Below are positions 18,929 to 29,648 of a DNA stretch of 64,000 nucleotides, piece by piece. How positions within the stretch are numbered: position 1 is the stretch's first letter; each line of letters starts with the position of its first letter. Origin of the DNA: Pedobacter sp. R-06 (GTDB taxonomy: Bacteria > Bacteroidota > Bacteroidia > Sphingobacteriales > Sphingobacteriaceae). Under the pieces are notes generated by a model, which saw nothing but the letters and a program-made list of their open reading frames with translations, was not told the origin of the DNA and searched no databases. Location of the stretch: assembly GCF_049913135.1 (NCBI RefSeq), contig NZ_CP183977.1, positions 4,400,053-4,464,052 on the forward strand. Reading direction: 5' to 3'. The translations under genes and the position numbers were made by a program.

Positions 18929-19560
18929 TAAAAATTCAGTATTATTTTTTTATCTTGAATATTGATCTGTTTAAGTCCAGGCAGTTTTAACTCATCTAAC
19001 GGCTGATGTGAAGACAGTAAAAAACTGATTTTTTCATTTTGATATTTTTCATTAATCCAGCGGTATAATATTTCCAAAGATTCCACATCGATTGTATTTA
19101 AAGGCTCGTCTAATAAGATCAATTTAGGTTTCCCTAAAAAAGCCAAAACCAACGACAACTTTTTTAACATGCCACTAGAATATGAACCCAAGGGATTATG
19201 AATATAAGGCTCCATACCCATTTCAGCGATTAAGGTCTCTTCTTGATCAGAAACAGCTCCTTTGGCTTTAGCAAAAAGATCAACCATTTCAAATCCGGTT
19301 AAAAATTCGGGGAATAGTGGTTCGGCCTCGGCAAAATTTACAAGCTTTCTATACGAAACACCATGATTTTTTAAATAAATAGAACTTATTGCGATATCGC
19401 CATCGAAAGACAATATCCCTGCAATTGTTTTCAACAGGGTACTTTTCCCTGAGCCATTACCTCCTTTTATCCAGAAAATACCTTCTGGAATTTTAATATT
19501 ATCTATCTTTAAAACAAGGTGATTGAAATAAGATTTCTCAAATTGATTGAAGTGTAACAT
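18928..19560 (-). CDS. ABC transporter ATP-binding protein (short, single NBD)
   Basis: Walker A GGNGSGKST, ABC signature YSSGMLKKLSL, Walker B ILLDEP. 210 aa. Confidence 0.8.
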   Translation of the reverse strand: MLHFNQFEKSYFNHLVLKIDNIKIPEGIFWIKGGNGSGKSTLLKTIAGILSFDGDIAISSIYLKNHGVSYRKLVNFAEAEPLFPEFLTGFEMVDLFAKAKGAVSDQEETLIAEMGMEPYIHNPLGSYSSGMLKKLSLVLAFLGKPKLILLDEPLNTIDVESLEILYRWINEKYQNEKISFLLSSHQPLDELKLPGLKQINIQDKKIILNF

Positions 19561-19634
19561 AAAATCATTTTATTTCTGACTTTAGTTTTAATAAAAAGTT
19601 ACAGACCTTATTCATCTCAATAAAATTATATACG

Positions 19635-20156
19635 ATGAAATTAGTTTTACGCCCTTACCAACCAAGCGATGTTGAAAGTTTAGTTAAAAACGCCAACAAT
19701 TTCAATATTTCGAAATATTTAACCAATAAATTCCCTTTTCCTTATGAAAAAAAAGATGGGGAGGCGTTTATTCAATTGGCCTTAAGCCACGAACCTTTAC
19801 AAATCAAGGCAATTGTGGTCAATAACGAAGTAATCGGATCGATAGGTGTGCATCAACTGGCCGATATTTACAGCAAAAGTGCAGAAATAGGCTATTGGAT
19901 TGCTGAAGATTTTTGGGGCAAAGGCATTGTTCCGCTCGCCATAAAAGAAATGCTTAAATACGGTTTCGACACCTTCGATATTGAAAGAATTTTCGCACGG
20001 ACTACACATACGAACCTGGCCTCGCAGCAGGTTTTAAAGAAATCTGGCTTTATTTTCGAGGCAGCACTAAAAGGTACTATTTTTAAAAATGGAGAATATT
20101 TTGACGAATTGATTTTTGGATTTAGGAGACATCAGTTAAGCAAAGAACAGAATTAA
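19635..20156 (+). CDS. GNAT family N-acetyltransferase (RimJ/RimL-like)
   Basis: 173 aa. Acetyl-CoA binding region ...IGYWIAEDFWGKGIVPLAIKEML. Confidence 0.7.
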   Translation: MKLVLRPYQPSDVESLVKNANNFNISKYLTNKFPFPYEKKDGEAFIQLALSHEPLQIKAIVVNNEVIGSIGVHQLADIYSKSAEIGYWIAEDFWGKGIVPLAIKEMLKYGFDTFDIERIFARTTHTNLASQQVLKKSGFIFEAALKGTIFKNGEYFDELIFGFRRHQLSKEQN

Positions 20157-20217
20157 AACATTTTGCTAAACTCGAAGCTTATTGCGTAAATTCGTGCAAA
20201 CCAAAAACAACAAAGCA

Positions 20218-21066
20218 ATGAAATTATCGATCAAATCAGTAATGCTGTTTGTTGCACTTTTAGGTGCAGTAGATTTCGCAAATGCCCAGGGAGCCAAGTT
20301 TCCACAACCGAGTAGTGGACAAACCATTATCCAGGATTTTGGATTGGGCAAAATAACTTTAACCTACTCTCGTCCGAATGTTAAAGGCCGCAAAATTTTT
20401 GGAGGTATGGAACCGATGGGCGTAGTTTGGCGTAACGGTGCAAATGCAGCTACGCGCATTAAATTTACAGATGCCGTTAAAATTGAAGGCAAAGATTTAC
20501 CAGCCGGCGAATATGGCTTGTTCAGTATTCCAGGCAAAAATGAGTGGACGGTTATTTTTAATAAAATTGCTGATCAATGGGGTGCTTACGAATATAAAGA
20601 AAGTGATGATGTGCTCCGTATAAAAGTAAAAACGATAGCTTTAAAAGATAAAGTAGAAACCCTTAGCATGCAGTTTTCGGCTGTTAGCGAAACCTCGGCA
20701 CAGTTAAATATGATGTGGGAGAATAGTGCATATTCAATCAATATCACAACTTCTATTGATGAAAAAGTAATGGCAAATATTGCTGAAGCGATGAAGGGTG
20801 AAAAAAAACCTTACTTTAATTCGGCATTGTATTATTATCAAAATGGAAAAGATTTAAAAACAGCCTTAGAATGGATGACGGAAGCAGAAAAATCAGATCC
20901 TAAAGCACCATGGTTTAAACTATGGAAAGGCCGTATCCAATTGAAAATGGGCGATAAAGCAGGAGCATCAGCTACGGCACAGCTAGGCATAGACGCTGCA
21001 AAGGCACAAAAGATTGATGAATATGTACGCCTCAATTCTGAACTTTTGGCCGAAGCTAAAAAATAA
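20218..21066 (+). CDS. DUF2911-like secreted protein with C-terminal TPR-like region (hypothetical)
   Basis: Signal peptide MKLSIKSVMLFVALLGAVDFANAQ. ITLTYSRPNVKGRKIFGG...VWRNGANAATRIKF block. ORF track starts at 20182; the Met at 20218 precedes the signal peptide. Confidence 0.5.
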   Translation: MKLSIKSVMLFVALLGAVDFANAQGAKFPQPSSGQTIIQDFGLGKITLTYSRPNVKGRKIFGGMEPMGVVWRNGANAATRIKFTDAVKIEGKDLPAGEYGLFSIPGKNEWTVIFNKIADQWGAYEYKESDDVLRIKVKTIALKDKVETLSMQFSAVSETSAQLNMMWENSAYSINITTSIDEKVMANIAEAMKGEKKPYFNSALYYYQNGKDLKTALEWMTEAEKSDPKAPWFKLWKGRIQLKMGDKAGASATAQLGIDAAKAQKIDEYVRLNSELLAEAKK

Positions 21067-21071
21067 AGAAA

Positions 21072-21160
21072 CGTCATTTCGACCGCAGCGGAGAAATCTA
21101 TCTGCATGATATTGTACATAGATCTCTCCATTTCGCTTTGCTTCAGTCGAGATGACGACC
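21072..21160. repeat. family-1 repeat, two units in inverted orientation (about 90-bp palindrome)
   Basis: cgtcatttcgaccgcagcggagaaatctatctg ... cagatagatctctccatttcgctttgcttcagtcgagatgacg. The second arm is the reverse complement of gtcatctcgactgaagcaaagcgaaatggagagatctat. Confidence 0.75.
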
Positions 21161-21218
21161 TTCCTCCGGCATTACAGATAGCCAATATTAACTTAAAATT
21201 AACCGTTGGTTAACTTGA

Positions 21219-22643
<1,425 letters not shown>

Positions 22644-22704
22644 TTTATAATATTGGGTTTAAACCCCAATGCTATAGTGTTAACAAGTTGAAAAACTTAT
22701 TTGC

Positions 22705-22746
22705 GAAACATCCGGGGATTTTAAATCTTCGGATGTTTTTATTTTA
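22705..22746 (+). terminator. rho-independent terminator candidate
   Basis: aacatccg...cggatgtt stem followed by tttttatttt. Confidence 0.5.
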
Positions 22747-22806
22747 ATACTATATTTGTTTGTTGGATTTGGGTTTTCTCAAATCTAAAATCTCATATCA
22801 AAATAT

Positions 22807-23106
22807 ATGAAACGTTTAATAGATCTTTTCCGCAATAAATATTTCCTTGCTACTGTCGCTTTTGCGATGTGGATGCTATTTTTCGACAAAAACGATATGA
22901 TGTCGCAGTATGAATACCGCAGTCAAGCCAATAAACTGCAGGAAGAAAAGGAATATTTCGAGAAGGAAACCGCCCAGGTTAAAAAAGATTTAAATGAACT
23001 GAATACCAATCTTAATACAGCCGAAAAATTTGCCCGCGAAAAATACTTCATGAAAAAAGACAATGAAGATGTTTTCGTGATTATTCAGGAAGAGAAGAAG
23101 GATTAG
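22807..23106 (+). CDS. septum formation initiator (FtsB/DivIC-like) family protein
   Basis: 99 aa. One N-terminal TM helix followed by a coiled coil. Position downstream of eno is conserved in Bacteroidota. Confidence 0.55.
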   Translation: MKRLIDLFRNKYFLATVAFAMWMLFFDKNDMMSQYEYRSQANKLQEEKEYFEKETAQVKKDLNELNTNLNTAEKFAREKYFMKKDNEDVFVIIQEEKKD

Positions 23107-23204
23107 TTTTCAGTTAAAAGTTTACAGTTTTGAGTTAACAATCCACCCATAAACAATTCCCTTCCAGTTAACCGATTAAGCAATTCAAACAGTTAACCAT
23201 TCTA

Positions 23205-23819
23205 ATGCTCCACATCCTTTACATTATTGCCATAACCGCTGAAGCCATGACTGCTGCACTTTCGGCAGGCAGAAGAGATATGGATTGGGTTGGTGTTTGT
23301 ATTATTGCCTGGGTTACAGCATTAGGCGGTGGTACAGTTAGAAATGTGCTCTTCGGCCATTACCCAATGAGCTGGGTAGAACATCCAGAATATTTGGTGA
23401 TTACAGCGGTAGCGGCCTTACTCGCTGCATTTATTGCCTCGATTATGACTAAACTCAAAAAGCTTTTTCTTTACCTTGATGCTTTAGGTTTGGTAGTTTT
23501 TACCATTATTGGCTGTCAGGTTGCACAGGAAATCCATTTACCTTATTTAATTGTACTTTTCAGCGGAATGATTACTGGTTGTGCTGGTGGGGTACTTCGT
23601 GATGTACTCTGCAATGAAGTACCATTTCTTTTTAGAAAAGAGATTTATGCCAGTGCAGCAATAGTTACAGGTGCCGTTTATATCGGTATAGAGCATTTTC
23701 ATGGAAGTGAGATGCTAGCTACTATTTTAGCAGCCGTAGTTGGATTAACCCTAAGATTACTTTCCATCCGCTTCGAATGGCATATGCCCAAGTTTGTTTA
23801 CAGGGATGAATGGCACTAA
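23205..23819 (+). CDS. trimeric intracellular cation channel (TRIC)/UPF0126 family membrane protein
   Basis: Two repeated UPF0126 glycine-rich modules (ALGGGTVRNVLFG and CAGGVLRDVLCNEVP). 204 aa. Integral membrane. Confidence 0.7.
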   Translation: MLHILYIIAITAEAMTAALSAGRRDMDWVGVCIIAWVTALGGGTVRNVLFGHYPMSWVEHPEYLVITAVAALLAAFIASIMTKLKKLFLYLDALGLVVFTIIGCQVAQEIHLPYLIVLFSGMITGCAGGVLRDVLCNEVPFLFRKEIYASAAIVTGAVYIGIEHFHGSEMLATILAAVVGLTLRLLSIRFEWHMPKFVYRDEWH

Positions 23820-23845
23820 TTCAGTTGGGAGTTTCTTTCGTGGTG

Positions 23846-23863
23846 TCAGGTGTTACCACCTGA
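23846..23863. repeat. 18-bp palindrome TCAGGTGTTACCACCTGA (recurrent motif, copy 1)
   Basis: Perfect inverted repeat. Related copies at 23917-23940 and 53047-53066. Confidence 0.5.
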
Positions 23864-23916
23864 TACTTTCGAAATTGATAGAATATCATCAATTACTCGC
23901 AAAAAAACAATATAAT

Positions 23917-23940
23917 CAGTCAGATAGTAACATCTGACTG
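23917..23940. repeat. palindrome CAGTCAGATAGTAACATCTGACTG (recurrent motif, copy 2)
   Basis: Inverted repeat with the same TCAGAT..GTAAC..ATCTGA core as copy 1 and the copy at 53047. Confidence 0.5.
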
Positions 23941-23957
23941 CACAACCAACTCCAAAT

Positions 23958-26042
23958 TTAGAGTTCCCCGTTTCTTTTTCTTAAAAACCACTCTATGCCC
24001 AGCAAAATCAAAATTAAGCCGAACAGCCATTTCATGCTGATGAGTTCATCGTATTTACGATCTTCGTAACTGATGGTTTTAATATTTTCGTTTTTGACAA
24101 TCTCATCCGCTATTTTCAGCAGGTTTTCGGGCATAAACAGCTTACCATTACTTTGTTTAGATATTGTATTTAAAAGCTGGTGATTGGCTGTTGTCTGCTG
24201 AAATTCTGCGATCAATGCATTTACATAGAAACTACCTGTAGCCGTGAATTTCTTTCCACCCAGTTCGGTATTGGCAAGATAAGAATAGTTCCCTGCAGGC
24301 ATGGTTCCTGCATCTAGCTGATAAGCATTTTCAGTTTTAGAAAAAATATAGTTAAACACTTTGCCCGCTTCATTTTTAACCTGAAGATTAACTTCCGACT
24401 CATTTACAGGCTGGTAACTATCGTTATAAAGGGTGCCGTTAAACTGGATGGTTTCATTTTCATCGTAAGCAGACTTTGAAGTAAATACCTTGAATCTACG
24501 CTTATCATCTTTAACAGATAGGTATTGAACCGTTTTTGAAATCAGATCGTTTAAAACCGATTGATTGCTTTCATTTTCAGCTTCTGAAAGTTTCCATCTC
24601 CAAAGCCCCTCTCCCATCAAATAACCTGCCTTTAAGCCATTTTCATTCGCGAAGAACAGTAATGGCTGCTGTGTGCTTACTTTGCCGATACGCTGATTAA
24701 AAACGGGTATTGCGCCTGCATTTACGGTCAACCTTCCAAACGGACTTAACAGAGGATCGAAAGATGAAAACTGCTTCTTGTCATCTTCCGCAAGATTGAA
24801 GCTTGTAAATCCATTGGCAAAATCGGCATATACTTCCTGAATGGAGCCATTTGCAGAACTTAAGTTAACCTGATTTTGCATTTGGTTAAAAGCATTTATA
24901 TTGCTCTGTGCGCCCAAAATGTACCAGATCGGTTTCTTTAGTCCAGTTAATTTCTTTAAAAATGCTGACGAAATATTTTGTGCATCGGGTAATTGATACA
25001 ACACGATTAGATCGAATTTAGAGGGATCTGTGGTAATTAAATCATCAGCGAGTGCGAGTTTAGCCTCGTAGTGTTTATTGAGCGAAATAGCTTCTTTTAA
25101 CACGGCCAAATCAGGATGTGGTGCAACCGCTGCAAGCAATACCTTCTGCCTGCCATCAATCACTTCTACATAAAAAGTTTGAACATTATTTCTGGTTGTA
25201 ATTTCATTTTTCAGTGCCCCGAGCTGAACGGTATATTTCTGAACACCAATTTTACCTGCATGGATCTTAACCGGAATCGTTTTAACAAAGGAACCTCCAT
25301 TAATGGATATATTTTGCTGTTCTACCTTTGCACCATTTTGGTTAACCGTTAAAGCAGTGCTTTCGCCATCACTTTGAAAAGCCTGAACCTGAACTTCGAT
25401 CGTAAAATCGTCATCCAGGTACACAATGTTATTGTAATTTACGTTCGAAATTAAGACATCGTGTTTCGGGATACTATCACCCAAGGCAATGGTATAAACC
25501 GGCGCATTAATCTGATTTACGCTGTACAACGGATTTCCACCGTGATTAAAAATACCATCTGTGGCCAAAATAATGGCACCAACATTTCTGTTGGTATATT
25601 CATCTCTAACTTTCTGAAAAAAAGCCGAAGCATCTGTTAATTTACCCTGATTTTTAAAATCGAAACCATCAGCCACCTGATCGCCAAAGTGAAGTGTTTT
25701 CACCTCGTACTTATCTGATAGTTTATCTTGTAAAGCTTTAAGATTATTTTCATATAATTTTTGGTCGAAGCCAGCTGCTTTAACCTGACCTACAGACAGA
25801 GAATTATCTTGTCCGATGATGATCACCGGTTTATCTAAGGTATAATTTAATGTTTTGATGAGCGGTGCAAATATTAACCATGCTACGGTAGTCACTACGA
25901 TAATCCGCAAGGCCGTTAAGCCATACTGAAGTTTTTTATCCAAATTTTTGTTGCCACGATACAGCAACCAGGCGTACAGCACACCCAACGCCAAGCAACC
26001 GAGAAAAAACAAAATAGATGTACCCGAAAAAAAACTGTTCAT
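23958..26042 (-). CDS. large membrane-anchored protein, possibly VWA/GATase1-like (hypothetical)
   Basis: 694 aa. Two N-terminal TM helices and a C-terminal TM helix (WLFGLILILLGIEWFLRKR). Internal DGIFNHGGNP segment. Confidence 0.4.
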   Translation of the reverse strand: MNSFFSGTSILFFLGCLALGVLYAWLLYRGNKNLDKKLQYGLTALRIIVVTTVAWLIFAPLIKTLNYTLDKPVIIIGQDNSLSVGQVKAAGFDQKLYENNLKALQDKLSDKYEVKTLHFGDQVADGFDFKNQGKLTDASAFFQKVRDEYTNRNVGAIILATDGIFNHGGNPLYSVNQINAPVYTIALGDSIPKHDVLISNVNYNNIVYLDDDFTIEVQVQAFQSDGESTALTVNQNGAKVEQQNISINGGSFVKTIPVKIHAGKIGVQKYTVQLGALKNEITTRNNVQTFYVEVIDGRQKVLLAAVAPHPDLAVLKEAISLNKHYEAKLALADDLITTDPSKFDLIVLYQLPDAQNISSAFLKKLTGLKKPIWYILGAQSNINAFNQMQNQVNLSSANGSIQEVYADFANGFTSFNLAEDDKKQFSSFDPLLSPFGRLTVNAGAIPVFNQRIGKVSTQQPLLFFANENGLKAGYLMGEGLWRWKLSEAENESNQSVLNDLISKTVQYLSVKDDKRRFKVFTSKSAYDENETIQFNGTLYNDSYQPVNESEVNLQVKNEAGKVFNYIFSKTENAYQLDAGTMPAGNYSYLANTELGGKKFTATGSFYVNALIAEFQQTTANHQLLNTISKQSNGKLFMPENLLKIADEIVKNENIKTISYEDRKYDELISMKWLFGLILILLGIEWFLRKRNGEL

Positions 26043-26297
26043 ACTTTTATAAAGATGGTAATTTTGGGGAAATTTTCAAGATTATTAACAGTAAAGCGCA
26101 TAAAGAATTTACGTAAAAGCCAATTAATTATAATTTGAAAACACCAGTACTCATTTAACCGCGAAGGATTCGCGCAAAGTTATCACCTATCCAATTTATA
26201 TTTACCTTCACGTTGTTTGCGTACAAGCAATTAAAAATTTTGGCGCCCTTAGCGGTAAAAAACGGCAAATTTACTAGCTTTAACCAAACCAAAATTT

Positions 26298-27032
26298 ATG
26301 AAATTAATCTGTTTAACGTTTTTGCTATCTCTAAGTCTTATGGCGAATGCCCAAAATAATTTTAAAGCCGCTCAAATTAAATTCGAAAGAGTAGAAAAGG
26401 CCTACAATGAAAAATGGGAAACGTTGAAAAAATTTGTTTTGGCCGATGGTTATGGTGATCAGTTTTCGATGTTGATCAATGCCTATAAAACCGAAGGCAA
26501 ACTGGAAGTATGGCTAAAGAATAATTCGGCTAAAACATATTCGTTGTTTAGAACATATGATTTCTGTGCACATTCTGGCACCATTGGCCCAAAAGTGATT
26601 GAAGGCGATGGACAAACACCGGAAGGTTTTTATTACATTAACGTTTTTAATCCGATGAGCAATTTTCACTTATCGCTAGGGGTAAATTATCCGAATACAG
26701 TTGATTATGCCAGAACTGGAAAAGATAGAAAGCCCGGAAGCGATATTTACATCCACGGCAATTGCGTTACTGTTGGATGCATTCCATTAACAGACGAAAA
26801 AATTAAAGAGGTATATATTTTGGGTGTTGAAGCTAGAAATGCAGGCCAGGAAAAGATTCCGGTCAACATCTATCCTTTCAAAATGACTGATGCAAATATG
26901 AAGAAATATATTGCTCAATTTCCTGCACAGGCTTTTTTCTGGAAATCGTTGCAGCCAGGATATTTAGCTTTCGAGAAAAATAAAAACCAAGCTAATGTAA
27001 CTGAGGTAAAAGGGAAATATGTTGTGAAATAG
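26298..27032 (+). CDS. L,D-transpeptidase family protein (YkuD-like)
   Basis: Signal peptide. Catalytic motif IYIHGNCVTVGCIPL (His...Cys). Confidence 0.7.
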   Translation: MKLICLTFLLSLSLMANAQNNFKAAQIKFERVEKAYNEKWETLKKFVLADGYGDQFSMLINAYKTEGKLEVWLKNNSAKTYSLFRTYDFCAHSGTIGPKVIEGDGQTPEGFYYINVFNPMSNFHLSLGVNYPNTVDYARTGKDRKPGSDIYIHGNCVTVGCIPLTDEKIKEVYILGVEARNAGQEKIPVNIYPFKMTDANMKKYIAQFPAQAFFWKSLQPGYLAFEKNKNQANVTEVKGKYVVK

Positions 27033-27069
27033 TTTTAATGTTGTAAAGTTGAAATGTTCTAAATAAAGT

Positions 27070-27170
27070 AAAAGGCGTAAGGTTTAGGGTTAAACCCACC
27101 TTACGCCTTTGCTATTTTTATGGTATTGGAACGAAAGCCCTCTACCTTAAACCTTCCGCCTTCAACCTCT
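27070..27170. repeat. family-3 AAGGCGTAAGG/CCTTACGCCTT hairpin repeat, probable bidirectional terminator
   Basis: aaaaggcgtaaggtttagggttaaacccaccttacgccttt, followed by tgctattttta on + and by ccttaaaccttccgccttcaacc adjacent to the fabG stop. Confidence 0.6.
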
Positions 27171-27171
27171 C

Positions 27172-27915
27172 TTAAAGCATTCCGCCGCAAACAGATAAAG
27201 TTTGGCCAGTTACGTAAGCACTCATATCTGAGGCTAGGAACACGCAAACATTGGCAATATCTTCAGTTTCTCCGGCACGTTTTAATGGAATATCTTTTTC
27301 CCATCCTTCAACAACTTTCGGATCAAGAATATCTGTCATTTCAGTACGGATAAAGCCCGGCGCAACTACGTTGGCACGGATATTTCTCGAACCTAATTCT
27401 TTAGCGATTGACTTGGTAAAACCAATGATACCAGCTTTAGACGCTGCATAATTTGCTTGTCCCGCGTTACCTGTAGTACCCACAATAGAACCCATATTGA
27501 TAAAAACTCCTTTACGTGCTTTCATCATCACTTTAGAAGCCGCTTTGGTTACGTTGAAAATCGATTTTAGGTTAATATTGATCACATCATCCCAATTTTC
27601 TTCGCTCATACGCATTAACAAACCATCTTTGGTAATCCCTGCATTATTTACAACGATATCAATGGTGCCAAATTCGGCTACGATATCGTTGATCAATTGT
27701 TCAGCTTCGGCAAATTTAGAAGCATCAGAACGATAACCTTTAACTTTTGTTCCGAAGTTTTGTAATTCCTGCTCTAAAGCTTCACCTTTTTCTACTGATG
27801 ATAAATATGTAAAAGCTACATTAGCGCCCTGCTCGGCAAATTTTTCAGCTATTTTACGGCCGATTCCTTTAGATGCGCCTGTAATTAATGCTGTTTTTCC
27901 TTCTAATAATTTCAT
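27172..27915 (-). CDS. fabG: 3-oxoacyl-[acyl-carrier-protein] reductase
   Basis: MKLLEGKTALITGASKGIGRKIAEKFAEQGANV. SDR catalytic YAASKAG motif. 247 aa. Confidence 0.9.
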   Translation of the reverse strand: MKLLEGKTALITGASKGIGRKIAEKFAEQGANVAFTYLSSVEKGEALEQELQNFGTKVKGYRSDASKFAEAEQLINDIVAEFGTIDIVVNNAGITKDGLLMRMSEENWDDVININLKSIFNVTKAASKVMMKARKGVFINMGSIVGTTGNAGQANYAASKAGIIGFTKSIAKELGSRNIRANVVAPGFIRTEMTDILDPKVVEGWEKDIPLKRAGETEDIANVCVFLASDMSAYVTGQTLSVCGGML

Positions 27916-27963
27916 TTGTTATTTTTATTGTTTGTCAGTCTGAGCTTGTCGAAGACCAATATG

Positions 27964-28263
27964 TTATTTATTTTTATAGTTTGATAATTTTACAATTTCG
28001 TTCCAATCTTCTTCAAATAAAGCTTCTTTTTTCTTTCTACTCCATCCCTTAAGCTGCTTTTCAAAATCTATTGCATCTTCTATTTGGTCAAATCTTTGAT
28101 AATATTTTAAAGTAACTGGCCTTCTCGAAAAAGTATAAGCAAAAACATTTTCACCATCATTATGCTGAGAAAGTCTGGCCTCTAAATCATTTGTTGCTCC
28201 AACATAATAACTTTTATCGGAGCACTCCAAGATATAGACAAAATAGTTATGTACTCTTGCCAT
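27964..28263 (-). CDS. GIY-YIG nuclease family protein
   Basis: YFVYILECSDKSYYVGATNDLEARLSQHN. 99 aa. Confidence 0.75.
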   Translation of the reverse strand: MARVHNYFVYILECSDKSYYVGATNDLEARLSQHNDGENVFAYTFSRRPVTLKYYQRFDQIEDAIDFEKQLKGWSRKKKEALFEEDWNEIVKLSNYKNK

Positions 28264-28340
28264 AAAATATTTTTTAGCAACTTAAAGTTACAAAAAAATA
28301 TTTCCCGAAGATATCATGTTGAACCTATCGAAACACTTCA

Positions 28341-28372
28341 AAAAATCCTTCGACAGGCTCAGGATGACAATC
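28341..28372. repeat. GTCATCCTGAGC...GAAGGAT-type repeat unit (minus strand), related to family 2
   Basis: Reverse complement reads gattgtcatcctgagcctgtcgaaggatttttt. Confidence 0.45.
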
Positions 28373-28412
28373 ACGCAAATTTGACTAATGACTTTTGGCT
28401 AAAGACTCAGGA

Positions 28413-29489
28413 CTAAACCGCTGGTTCCTGCTGACTCAAACAGTGGAAGCTTCCCAATCCCCAGATAATATCAACCGAATTGATACCAATCACTTTCCGG
28501 TCAGGGAAACAACCTTGAATAATATCTAGAGCTTTCTGGTCGTTTACATCATCAAAAATTGGCACAATTACCGCTGCATTGGCGATGTAAAAATTTGCAT
28601 AAGATGCAGGCAGGCGAGTATCTTCATGGATAACCGGCGATGGCATTGGCAATTGAACAATATTCAATGATCTGCCATCTTTCAGCTTCATGGCTTTTAA
28701 GGCCTCTAGATTCTCTTGTAACAAGATATAATTTTCATCCAGCGGATTGCTTTCTACAACAGTTAAAACCGTATCCTCGTTTACAAAACGCGTAATATCA
28801 TCAATGTGGCCATCAGTATCGTCGCCAACAATTCCATCGCCTAGCCATAATACCTGATCCTGGCCATAATATTCAAGCAAATATTGTTCAATCTGCGCTT
28901 TGGTTAAATGCGGATTACGGTTTTCGTTCAACAAACAAGCTGTGGTGGTTAAAACCGTTCCAGCGCCATTAAATTCTACTGAACCACCTTCCATCACGAT
29001 ATCCGGGGTAAACAAAGGTAAATCGAAATGTTTGGCAATTTTAGTTGGCACAACATCATCCAGGTCAAATGGGGGATATTTTCCACCCCAGGCATTGTAA
29101 CCCCAATCTACAACAGCCTTTTCATTTCCTTTCAACAAAAATGCAGGACCGTGATCGCGGCACCAGGCATCATTGGTTTCATTAAAATAAAATTCAATCT
29201 GGCTTAAATCGGCACCTACTTTTGTTAATTCAGAAACAGCAAAGGCCTTCATTTCTTGATCATTCACATTGATGCGTACTTTTTCACCTTCGGCAACAGC
29301 TTTAATAAACTGACAGTACGGTTCGTAAATGGTTTCGATTTTATCTGGCCAAGAGGCTTCTTTATGTGGCCAGCTTAACCAGGTTGCCTCATGTTTAGTC
29401 CACTCGGCAGGAAAAGCAAAACCTTGCTGCTTCGGCGAATAATCAAACTGATTGATATTTAAATCTTTTTTAGGAGGGAAATTTGACAT
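28413..29489 (-). CDS. aguA: agmatine deiminase
   Basis: 358 aa. Porphyromonas-type peptidylarginine-deiminase fold motifs (WLSWPH, C-terminal catalytic Cys). Confidence 0.8.
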   Translation of the reverse strand: MSNFPPKKDLNINQFDYSPKQQGFAFPAEWTKHEATWLSWPHKEASWPDKIETIYEPYCQFIKAVAEGEKVRINVNDQEMKAFAVSELTKVGADLSQIEFYFNETNDAWCRDHGPAFLLKGNEKAVVDWGYNAWGGKYPPFDLDDVVPTKIAKHFDLPLFTPDIVMEGGSVEFNGAGTVLTTTACLLNENRNPHLTKAQIEQYLLEYYGQDQVLWLGDGIVGDDTDGHIDDITRFVNEDTVLTVVESNPLDENYILLQENLEALKAMKLKDGRSLNIVQLPMPSPVIHEDTRLPASYANFYIANAAVIVPIFDDVNDQKALDIIQGCFPDRKVIGINSVDIIWGLGSFHCLSQQEPAV

Positions 29490-29545
29490 CTAATTTTAAT
29501 TTATAAATGAATGGTCCGTGAGGACACGAACCATGGATTTGGATG

Positions 29546-29648
29546 GTCGTCATCTCGACTGAAGGGCAGCACAATGGAGAGATCTATTAATAAAACAATT
29601 GAAGATTAGATTTCTCGACTCCGTTGCACTCCGCTCGAAATGACGACT
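29546..29648. repeat. family-1 repeat, inverted pair (about 100-bp palindrome) between aguB and aguA
   Basis: gtcgtcatctcgactgaagggcagcacaatggagagatctatt ... agatttctcgactccgttgcactccgctcgaaatgacgac. Confidence 0.75.
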
